The notes below the pieces were generated by a model. It ran no database searches. It had not been told where the DNA came from and saw only the letters and a program-made list of their open reading frames with translations. From Macrostomum hystrix (Eukaryota; Animalia; Platyhelminthes), in contig CATNEN010000032.1 of the NCBI GenBank assembly GCA_950097015.1, positions 1,488,001-1,552,000 on the forward strand: a DNA stretch of 64,000 nucleotides. The letters are read 5' to 3'. Shown here in pieces: positions 29,491 through 40,069 of this stretch. The position numbers and the translations under genes were made by a program. Position 1 is the stretch's first letter, and every line of letters begins with the position of its first letter.

Positions 29491-30798
29491 ATGTCGCAAG
29501 GTGATGTGACTGGTTCTACTTTATACGACGAAATAAAGGATCGCATGGATCGTGAAAAGGATATGGACGCCATGATACTCGATGTGGACGATATGGATCA
29601 GGCGGCTCTTGCGGCTATTGACGAACTTTTTCAAGAAGATGATCCGACGATTGAGGCAATGACTGAACAGCTTTGGCTACTGCCGAAGTAGAACAGTTGG
29701 CTGTGGCCTTACGCATTTTCTATGCGTTCATTCGGAAGCTGGACGGCTCGTTGTATGCACCTGCTACGCTCATCACGGCCAGAGCCGGCCTTTTTCGCTA
29801 CCTTCTGCGCAATCGTGGGATCAACATAATCGCTGATGAGCAATTCGCAAAAGCAAACAGGATGCTCCGAGTCACTGCCAGCCTTTTTGTGAAGAACGGA
29901 GGCGCCGAACGTCAGTTTGCGTCGATTGAAACGTGCGATCTAGAAAAACTACGCTACTACTTCGATCGTACGAGCTACCACTCCCACAAAACTAAAGCAC
30001 GAAGTCTACTTTCTCATCGCGCTTCACTTCGGACTACGAGGACGCGAATGGCTTCGTAAGCTTTCCATGGAATCCTTTGAGAGAATTTCAATCAACGGTT
30101 GCCGAGCTTTTAAGCTCAAAAATGTTCGGGGCAGCCTGGAGACGAAGACTAGCGAAGACATGAAACAGTCGGTGCTTGCTGAGACTGGAAATGCTAGTTG
30201 CCCCTATACTGCGCTGGATACCTACATGACGAAAATCGGCGAGGCCAAGTCCAAGGAGAATGTCAACAGCGCGCATTTCTTTCTATGCCCACGCACATGT
30301 TGATTCGACGCTTCTTGGTACTTTGCAAAGCAGGTTGTTGGCCACAACACGCTCGGAAATATGATGTCCGATATTTCTGCTGCTGCTGCGCTTACCAAGA
30401 GGTACACAGGACACTGCATCCGGGCTATTGTGGTCACTGAACTCGACGCAAATGGTGTACCCCTCAAGGACATTGGATCAATTACTGGCCATAAGTCCGT
30501 GACTGCCACTGAGCGCTACCTTCGGCACGGTCGGAAGCGCGATGCTGAAATGGCAAATTTGTCAAGCGTCATCAGTTCCATCGGATGCAATGACAATACC
30601 AAGGCAGTCGCATCAATCGCGTTGCCTGCCGCAAGACCCTCTGTTGGGGCTGGTGCAATGACGACTCCTGACCAACCTGGGCCGTCGAATCCTGACCTGG
30701 ACCGTACGATTCAAGCCAGCATGCATGCGATGAGTTCCGCCATCAATGGGACATTTTACAACTGTGCATTCCACCTGCACTTTTCCACTGGACCCTGA
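29491..30798 (+). pseudogene. Crypton-like tyrosine recombinase with complete catalytic residues, disrupted by 2 frameshifts and 1 in-frame TGA (30301-30303)
   Basis: FYAFIRKLDGSLYAPATLITARAGLFRYL; bridging frame (hand translation) KHEVYFLIALHFGLRGREWLR; WYFAKQVVGHNTLGNMM; YTGHCIR, ITGHKS, ERY give R, H-x-x-R, H, Y. Confidence 0.88.
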
Positions 30799-30834
30799 GT
30801 ACTGGAGCTATTACGAAACTGTTTTACGAAAACC

Positions 30835-31130
30835 GCGCCACGCGCACTCGTGTTATGAGCGTTGCTACAATCCCGCGCCACGCGCAGTCGTGCTATGAGC
30901 GTTGCTACACTCCCGCGCGGCGCGCCACGCACACTCGTGTTATGAGCTTTGCTACACTCCCGCGCCACGCACACTCGTGTTATGAGCTTTGCTACACTCC
31001 CGCGCCACGCGCACTCGTGTTATGAGCGTTGCTACACTCCCGCGCCACGCACACTCGTGTTATGAGCGTTGCTACACTCCCGCGCCACGCACACTCGTGT
31101 TATGAGCGTTGCTACACTCCCGCGCCACGC
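30835..31130. repeat. 40-bp tandem repeat (~7x) just downstream of the recombinase stop
   Basis: ccgcgccacgc(g/a)cactcgtgttatgagcgttgctacactc. Confidence 0.93.
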
Positions 31131-31604
31131 CACGTTGTTTTTTAGCGACGCTCAACTTGGCAAATTTCTCGAGTGGTTCTGGGCACTCCGATTTCAAATG
31201 CACTCGAGAAGCCAACCCTGAGGAAAACAATTAACTGCACCGCTCACTCAATTAATATTGTTGGCTCATTCATCCAGCCCATTGCGGGATGTCCGGGCTG
31301 TAAACGCAGAGTTTTATTGACTCAACCTCAATGAATTGGTCTATATTTGGCCACTATCTGAGATTATTGCTGGCAATAAATGCTTCGATTAGGCCGGGAT
31401 TTTTCAATTGGCATGTCGGGCCTTCGCCATCACCGCAGGGTGTCGTATTTACTCTTTGTCCAAAGTATAAAAAAGTTCTTCCAAGGCCTTGGTACAACTA
31501 CCCTATGGCCGGATCCGAGTCGAAAAAACTGGAACTGGCTTGGTTTCTGTATAAATAGAATGAGGTATTATATTCTTGGATGAAGCTAGTACTTGACAAT
31601 AGGA

Positions 31605-31697
31605 CTGTGTGTGTGTGTGTGTGCGTGTGTGTGTGTGCGTGTGTGTGTGTGCGTGTGTGTGCGAGTGTGTGTGTGTGTGTGCGTGTGTGTGTGTGTG
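31605..31697. repeat. (GT)n microsatellite
   Basis: Directly visible. Confidence 0.97.
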
Positions 31698-31989
31698 TTG
31701 AAGAGTCCACAGATCAATTAATAAAGCGAAACTTGACCATTTTCACTATTATTTTTCTCTTAACTTTGCTAGCCAAATTTAGAATGAACTCCGCATTTAG
31801 TTTGTGTGACCATTGCTGCACGGCTCCGCTTCCAGTTTAACAGACGGCAAATATAAACATTTCTGTGGGTAGAGCTACAGTTAAGAGCAGCGGGTTTTCA
31901 TTATCAGATGCCGGACCATGGGCTGTGCTAGAGACACGGAGAGATAGGGAGAGCAATAGAGACATTTGGGGGAGTGAAAGATAGAGGTG

Positions 31990-32520
31990 AGAGTCACTGA
32001 GGAGATGGGGTGAGAGTGACAGAGGAGATGGGGTCAGAGTGACAGAGGAGATGGGGTCAGAGTGACTGAGGAGATGGGGTCAGAGTGACTGAGGAGATGG
32101 GGTCAGAGTGACTGAGGAGATGGGGTCAGAGTGACAGAGGAGATGGGGTCAGAGTGACAGAGGAGATTGGGTCAGAGTGACAGAGGAGATGGGGTCAGAG
32201 TGACTGAGGAGATGGGGTCAGAGTGACAGAGGAGATGGGGTCAGAGTGACTGAGGAGATGGGGTCAGAGTGACTGAGGAGATGGGGTCAGAGTGACTGAA
32301 GAGATGGGGTCAGAGTGACAGAGGAGATGGGGTCAGAGTGACTGAAGAGATGGGGTCAGAGTGACAGAGGAGATGGGGTCAGAGTGACAGAGGAGATGGG
32401 GTCAGAGTGACTGAGGAGATGGGGTCAGAGTGACAGAGGAGATGGGGTCAGAGTGACTGAAGAGATGGGGTCAGAGTGACAGAGGAGATGGGGTGAGAGT
32501 GACAGAGGAGATGGGGAGAC
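31990..32520. repeat. 23-bp minisatellite (gaggagatggggtcagagtgac(a/t))
   Basis: ~22 copies. Confidence 0.95.
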
Positions 32521-33166
32521 AGAGGAGACATGGTGGATATTGACTGAGTACAGCGTGCGTGTAGAAATCTGATAAAAGGTGAGAAAACTGCTTGAGTTTC
32601 GGTTCCTCCGACAGCACCCTGATTCGCAGTACTTTCGCTCTCAAAGCACCACAAATGTGTGGGTGAAAAGTTAACAAAAAATGCCACAGCAACCGCATCA
32701 ATCTGGGCGTCATCAGCTTGAGCCAATCAGCTTCGAGGGAAAGTGAAGACATGCTTTTGAGTGGGCGGCGCAGTACAAATAGCGAGACACTTGATGTCCA
32801 GTGCGGGTCTCACTGCCATAGTCTGTCTAACGATATCTGAGGCTAGAATTCTGGCAAACTACAGGCAATAAAGCGACCTTGCGATAAGGAAAAAGGTGAG
32901 TTGCTTAAATTAGGCATTCGAAAGTTTGTTGTCGTTGGCTACAAAAAAAGCAATTCATCCTTGCCTTTTGTTTTATCGTGATTTCTCGGGTTGCGATGGC
33001 CCAATCGAAACACACGGAACCGCAGCACGCCACTTTCAAGAATCTAGTTTAGAAATTTTTGCGGCGCATTGTACGTGCATAGAAAGAAATATAATTATTA
33101 TTTAAATTCTCATTTTTACTCTCGCAATAGCTGCCTACAACTCTCAATGCTTGCCCAAGCCTTATA

Positions 33167-34169
33167 CGAGGTGCATTCAAAAAGTTCTTTTCGGTGCTCA
33201 GCAAAAATTTACAAAAAACCTATGGAACAATGAAAACATGATTAGGTCATTCAATGTCATTCGGTCACTCAACATATTCACCGCCAATGTCTTTGTACTT
33301 CTGCCAGCGATGCACCAGACCTCTGATTCCAGTACCCACGCCTCTCGCGTCCGTTTCACGCACCGCACCTTGGCAAGCAGCTTTGATTTGCTCGACGCTG
33401 TCGAATTGAATGCCCCGAAGGTGCTTCTTCCAGAGCGGTCGTTGTCCTCGACGCTCTCTCTGCCTTCAGCGAACAACCGGAACCACTTTCGAACAGTCTG
33501 TTCAGTTGGTGCACTGTCACCAAACACTTGCTGAAGCTCTCTAAACATCTCCGGAGGTTTCTTTCCTTGCAGGAACTGGAACTTCATCAAGCTCCGAACG
33601 TCTTGCTTTGAAAAAGATTCTGCCATGGCCAAGAAATAGAAGGGTAGCTTAAAAAATTGCTTGTAGCTCAGACACAGTCACCAGCTAAGGCTTAAAAACT
33701 CAGGAAGGTTTAGGCCATAAACTTAACTTGCAGCATTCGAAAAAATTTTGTTCTGTGTGTCATTTACAAAACAATGGAACTTTACCGGTTGGGTGCCGAG
33801 CAAGTTAATGGCGGTCGATCGAGGCGCGTACGGTAAAAGCATTATAAGGCTTCAGGCCATAGACAAATCAACTCCCCCTATAACGCTATCTGGCGGCTGT
33901 CGGTCGACAAGCAACGGCGTTATAGGGGGAGTTGATTTGTCTATGGCCTGAAGCCTTATAATGCTTTTACCGGTTGGTAAAATACTTTAATTGATAATTT
34001 AAAGAAACAAATATAAGCGTCCAAATTTAGTCAGCTTCTGGTTCATGGCGGATTGGCGCAGTTTGTGCCATAGACATGCCATTATCGCTGAGTGATCGTT
34101 TATACCATAATACGTTGCTGAAGCCTTATAATGCCAAAGGACCGAAAAGAACTTTTTGAATGCACCTCG
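33167..34169 (-). mobile_element. Non-autonomous mariner (internal deletion derivative), 1003 bp
   Basis: Perfect 29-bp TIRs (cgaggtgcattcaaaaagttcttttcggt, 33167-33195 / 34141-34169) with TA on both flanks. HTH N-terminus ...TVRKWFRLFAEGRESVEDNDRSGR abuts an out-of-frame C-terminus LRGIQFDSVEQIK...GIRGLVHRWQKYKDIGGEYVE*; DDD domain absent. Confidence 0.95.
33831..33972. repeat. Perfect 56-bp inverted repeat with 30-nt loop inside the mariner
   Basis: Arms 33831-33886 and 33917-33972 are exact reverse complements (checked by hand). Confidence 0.95.
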
Positions 34170-34356
34170 TAATGGGATTATCGAGAAGGATATCAGTTAC
34201 TGTGTAGCTGTCCTTGCCCGAAACAAGAGAAATTAAAAAGACAGAGAATTTAAAACGAAATTCAAAAGTTTTTTACTAACTAATGAACCCTAAACTACTC
34301 AGAGCTGAGCCCTACAAAGAGCAACGGACATTCAATAACTCGGTCTGGGCAGCAGA

Positions 34357-35589
34357 ATGCTGAGATTGCTGCTGTTGGCAACCCTGCTGTGCGCTCTGAG
34401 TCGCTGCCATCCGACCGCTGCCGCCATGAATCCCGCCAAGTCCAATCCCGACTGGCTGGCCGAGGAGGTGAGCGAATTCTTGTGTTTTCCAACCTCTCTG
34501 ACTTGTCCTCGACTCATGAATATTGAATAAGCTGCGGTTGCTGTGCAGCTCGTGGCTCCTGCGACTATTGCCGCGGAGTCCGAATGAAATTGGGATTTTT
34601 ATTACTCTGTGTAAAGTTTGTTGCCGCCAGTTCAAAGCCATTGTTCGCTAGAAAAAATTTGTCTGCCTTTATGACCCAGCAGTGCAGGAAGTAGTTTTTT
34701 ATTGAGACAAGAAACTTTGCCGAAAAGCAGAGAATACAAAGCTGCAAATAAATATAGCATTCGCTTTAACACACCCAACGGCCTGGTGTACAGAGGTTGC
34801 AGACAGCAACACTCCTTGGCGATGGACGCAACTGCTTGGCTGTCAGCTGCAAATGGACTTCCGAGTAGAAACAGTTTTTTAACCTGCAATAAAATTCCAG
34901 CAGCCGAATGAGGGTCATGTTTATTCTTTTGTCGAATGCAAACACAATAGCCCTATATTGCATGCAGCCGTCAGTGAAAGCTCTTTGAGTAAGGAGGGGA
35001 TACATTTACTCAGTGCTCTAAAAACACTTCCATTGCTCCCAGATCCCAGCAATAACTGGTTGGGCACACAGCTGCTGATGACACTAATAGAGAGACTAGA
35101 GACAGGGAAACTGAGGACAAACTTTACTCGATCGCCAATTACTCAAGCCTTCATCTCTGAGTCTTGCCCTTCCCGCATCATCATCACAGTCTCTCCCACA
35201 AATTTGCCATCATTGCTTCATGTGAAATAATGGGAATTAAAAAAGCCGCACCCTGCAGTGCTTTCCCAACAGCACTTCTTCGTATAGTGCCATGCCATTA
35301 GTCCGAAAATGCGAAATTCTGTCAGAACAGACGAAAATATGCCAAATACAAAAATATGGCCTCGATCCCATTCCTTCCTTCCCCTTCCCAACAGCCCGCC
35401 GCCTCAGAGATGGGCATCGAGGAGCAAAACTTAGACGACGAAGATTCCGAGATGGAGAACCGTCGAGTCGATGACCGGAGGGGCGACCAGCTGATGCACC
35501 AGTTGGTTGATGCTCGGCCTGGCCCTGTCAGAAGGCGCTCGCAACCCAAGCACTGGTGCCTGCTGCACCCAGTGTCCTGCTACGGCTGA
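34357..35589 (+). CDS. AstC: Allatostatin-C/somatostatin-like neuropeptide precursor, 2 exons, 101 aa
   Basis: join(34357..34467,35395..35589), phase 0. Signal peptide MLRLLLLATLLCALSRC, acidic spacer, RRR cleavage site, then SQPKHWCLLHPVSCYG* (C-x6-C, with C-terminal Gly as amide donor). Confidence 0.75.
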
Positions 35590-35929
35590 CAAGGCGAGCT
35601 CGAGGCAGGTCGCTGTCGATGAGCTGCACTGAGGAGGGACCGGGACCAAAGTCAGCTAGCCAACCCAGCTGATTATTAAGATTAACCTTTCACCTAGCGA
35701 CTAGTTTCGACTCTTATCTCTGCGCTTCGCATCCGTGTTGAATAGTGCGCACACATTGCCTGACTGTCTCACAATGTCATCTGCTAAGAAATTTAGCGCA
35801 AAACAGGACAATGATGGGAAGGCTGGACTCGATGGCTGGCCTCGATTGCAATACATTCGGCTTGTGTTGCTGTTTTATTTTCTTTCCGTTTGCTAATGAT
35901 TTTGCTCATAGCTTTTGACCCGTGACATT

Positions 35930-36490
35930 CAGTGCTGCATCAGTCACTGAGACCTTCCAGACCTTCAGTGTTGCATCAGTCACTGAGACCTTCCAGACCT
36001 TCAATGATGCATCAGTCACTGAGACCTTCCAGACCTTCAGTGATGCATCAGTCACTGAGACCTTCCAGACCTTCAATGATGCATCAGTCACTGAGACCTT
36101 CCAGACCTTCAATGATGCATCAGTCACTGAGACCTTCCAGACCTTCAGTGTTGCATCAGTCACTGAGACCTTCCAGACCTTCAATGATGCATCAGTCACT
36201 GAGACCTTCCAGACCTTCAGTGATGCATCAGTCACTGAGACCTTCCAGACCTTCAATGATGCATCAGTCACTGAGACCTTCCCGACCTTCAGTGATGCAT
36301 CAGTCACTAAGACCTTCCAGACCTTCATTGCGGCATCAGTCACTAAGAGCTTCCAGACCTTCAATGATGCATTAGTCATTGAGACCTTCCAGACCTTCAA
36401 TGATGCATCAGTCACTGAGACCTTCCAGACCTTCAATGATGTATTAGTCATTGAGACCTTCCAGACCTTCAGTGCAGCATCAGTCATTGA
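35930..36490. repeat. 36-bp minisatellite (gatgcatcagtcactgagaccttccagaccttca(a/g)t)
   Basis: ~15 copies; open in frames on both strands. Confidence 0.95.
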
Positions 36491-36759
36491 GCTTGTTCCA
36501 AATCCGGATCCTGGCAGCAGTATAGGCATTACAGTCTGGTAAAACTTTAGCCAGAAGTAAAATATTTTTAATATTTTAAATTTTGCCGTGCTTAACATTT
36601 TGACACACCCCCATAACTCTTGGATGATGCTCCGTTGATAAAAATACTTTATTGATCTCTTTATGCTTGACCTAGACTCAAAGGGCTCCGGTTCATATGA
36701 AACTAGAAACTTGAGTCTTTTTAGTTAGATCGTGAAGCATTCCGCCGGAGTTTTGCGAT

Positions 36760-39035
36760 GTAATCTCAAATATTGGAATGGGATCTCAAATATTGGAATG
36801 GGATCTCAAAAACTGGAATGGGATCTCAAAAACTGGAATGGGATCTCAAATATTGGAATGTAATCTCAAATACTGGAATGGGATCTCAAATATTGGAATG
36901 TGATCTCAAATATTGGAATGGGATCTCAAATATTGGAATGGGATCTCAAATATTGGAATGGGATCTCAAATATTGGAATGGGATCTCAAATATTGGAATG
37001 GGATCTCAAATATTGGAATGGGATCTCAAATATTGGAATGGGATCTCAAATATTGGAATGGGATCTCAAATATTGGAATGGGATCTCAAATATTGGAATG
37101 GGATCTCAAATATTGGAATGGGATCTCAAATATTGGAATGGGATCTCAAATATTGAAATGGGATCTCAAATACTGGAATGGGATCTCAAATATTGGAATG
37201 GGATCTCAAATATTGGAATGGGATCTCAAATATTGGAATGGGATCTCAAATATTGGAATGGGATCTCAAATATTGGAATGGGATCTCAAATATTGGAATA
37301 GGATCTCAAATACTGGAATGGGATCTCAAATATTGGAATGGGATCTCAAATACTGGAATGGGATCTCAAATACTGGAATGGGATCTCAAATATTGGAATG
37401 GGATCTCAAATACTGGAATGGGATCTCAAATATTGGAATGGGATCTCAAATACTGGAATGGGATCTCAAATACTGGAATGGGATCTCAAATACTGGAATG
37501 GGATCTCAAATATTGGAATGGGATCTCAAATATTGGAATGGGATCTCAAATATTGGAATGGGATCTCAAATATTGGAATGGGATCTCAAATACTGGAATG
37601 GGATCTCAAATATTGGAATGGGATCTCAAATATTGGAATGTAATCTCAAATACTGGAATGTGATCTCAAATATTGGAATGTGATCTCAAATATTGGAATG
37701 GGATCTCAAAAACTGGAATGGGATCTCAAATATTGGAATGTGATCTCAAATACTGGAATGGGATCTCAAATATTGGAATGGGATCTCAAATATTGGAATG
37801 GGATCTCAAATATTGGAATGGGATCTCAAATATTGGAATGGGATCTCAAATATTGGAATGGGATCTCAAATATTGGAATGGGATCTCAAATATTGGAATG
37901 TGATCTCAAATACTGGAATGGGATCTCAAATATTGGAATGTGATCTCAAATATTGGAATGGGATCTCAAATATTGGAATGGGATCTCAAATATTGGAATG
38001 TAATCTCAAATACTGGAATGTGATCTCAAATATTGGAATGTGATCTCAAATATTGGAATGGGATCTCAAATATTGGAATGGGATCTCAAATATTGGAATG
38101 TGATCTCAAATACTGGAATGGGATCTCAAATATTGGAATGGGATCTCAAATATTGGAATGGGATCTCAAAAACTGGAATAGGATCTCAAATATTGGAATG
38201 GGATCTCAAATATTGGAATAGGATCTCAAATATTGGAATGGGATCTCAAATATTGGAATGGGATCTCAAAAACTGGAATAGGATCTCAAATATTGGAATG
38301 GGATCTCAAATATTGGAATGTGATCTCAAATATTGGAATGGGATCTCAAATATTGGAATGGGATCTCAAATATTGGAATGGGATCTCAAATATTGGAATG
38401 TGATCTCAAATACTGGAATGGGATCTCAAATATTGGAATGTGATCTCAAATATTGGAATGGGATCTCAAATATTGGAATGGGATCTCAAATATTGGAATG
38501 TAATCTCAAATACTGGAATGTGATCTCAAATATTGGAATGTGATCTCAAATATTGGAATGGGATCTCAAATACTGGAATGGGATCTCAAATATTGGAATG
38601 GGATCTCAAGTATTGGAATGGGATCTCAAAAACTGGAATAGGATCTCAAATATTGGAATGGGATCTCAAATATTGGAATGGGATCTCAAAAACTGGAATA
38701 GGATCTCAAATATTGGAATGGGATCTCAAATATTGGAATGTGATCTCAAATATTGGAATGGGATCTCAAATATTGGAATGGGATCTCAAATATTGGAATG
38801 GGATCTCAAATATTGGAATGTGATCTCAAATACTGGAATGGGATCTCAAATATTGGAATGGGATCTCAAATATTGGAATGGGATCTCAAATATTGGAATG
38901 GGATCTCAAATATTGGAATGTGATCTCAAATATTGGAATGGGATCTCAAAAACTGGAATGGAATCTCAAATATTGGAATGTGATCTCAAATACTGGAATG
39001 GGATCTCAAATATTGGAATGGGATCTCAAATATTG
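36760..39035. repeat. 20-bp minisatellite (ggatctcaaatattggaatg), >100 copies
   Basis: Exact 20-nt period over ~2.3 kb. Confidence 0.98.
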
Positions 39036-39284
39036 GATCTGGTGGTTAGGAATGGATCACGATTTCTAAAATGTTATCTAAGAAAGAAATTTCGCAATAA
39101 AAATCAAAGATATCAAAAATCGTTTTTTTGTTCGCAGGTGTGAAAAAAATTGTAATTTTTTTTGCACAGGAAATTAAACACAAAATAAACATCTAGAAAT
39201 ACGATTACAAGTAAAAAACTTTATATCTTTTTTAAAAAGATAGAAACTTTAAGAAAAAGTTGTAAATTTTTTTTTTAAATTCAG

Positions 39285-39950
39285 TTGGATATGCCATCTT
39301 ATTCTGTCAGATATCCCATCTCATTCTGTCAGATATCCCATCTCATTCTGTCAGATATCCCATCTCATTCTGTCAGATATCCCATCTCATTCTGTCAGAT
39401 ATCCCATCTCATTCTGTCAGATATCCCATCTCATTCTGTCAGATATCCCATCTCATTCTGTCAGATATCCCATCTCATTCTGTCAGATATCCCATCTCAT
39501 TCTGTCAGATATCCCATCTCATTCTGTCAGATATCCCATCTCATTCTGTCAGATATGCCATCTCATCCTGTCATATATCCCATTTCATTCTGTCAGATAT
39601 CCCATCTCATTCTGTCAGATATGCCATCTCATTCTGTCAGATATGCCATCTCATTTTGTCAGATATCCCATCTCATTCTGTCAGATATCCTATCTCATTC
39701 TGTCAGATATGCCATCTCATTCTGTCAGACATCCCATCTCATTCTGTCAGACATCCCATCTCATTCTGTCAGATATGCCATTTCATTCTGTCAGACATCC
39801 CATCTCATTCTGTCAGATATGCCATCTCATTCTGTCAGATACGCCATCTCATTCTGTCAGACTTCCCATCTTATTCTGTCAGACATCCCATCTTATTCTG
39901 TCAGACATCCCATCTCATTCTGTCAGATATGCCATCTCATTCTGTCAGAA
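39285..39950. repeat. 22-bp minisatellite (atctcattctgtcagatatccc)
   Basis: ~30 copies. Confidence 0.96.
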
Positions 39951-40069
39951 TTCTCTCAACCTGCCACATTTATCCCCCCTTTAATTTCCGGTGCAAGCAA
40001 AAGAGGGCTTTCAAATCAAGCGCGTATGCCTGTTGAGTCCTCCAGGCAAGCTGTTGCCACTATTTAGTG

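Noticed and set aside
32448-32752. Short minus-strand ORFs and 34632-35230 ORFs as exons
   Set aside because: No recognisable domain and no phase-consistent gene model; the latter lie in the intron of the neuropeptide gene.
18518-35589. GPCR and AstC-like peptide as a linked ligand-receptor pair
   Set aside because: The GPCR lacks the DRY/NPxxY features typical of AstC/somatostatin receptors; proximity alone is not evidence.
35906-36598. Mucin-like or repeat-protein ORFs (230 aa minus, 206 aa plus)
   Set aside because: 36-bp unit open on both strands, with no synonymous-type variation or supporting splice context; cannot be fully excluded without RNA data.
36773-40067. Many overlapping ORFs
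   Set aside because: All derive from the 20-bp and 22-bp arrays.
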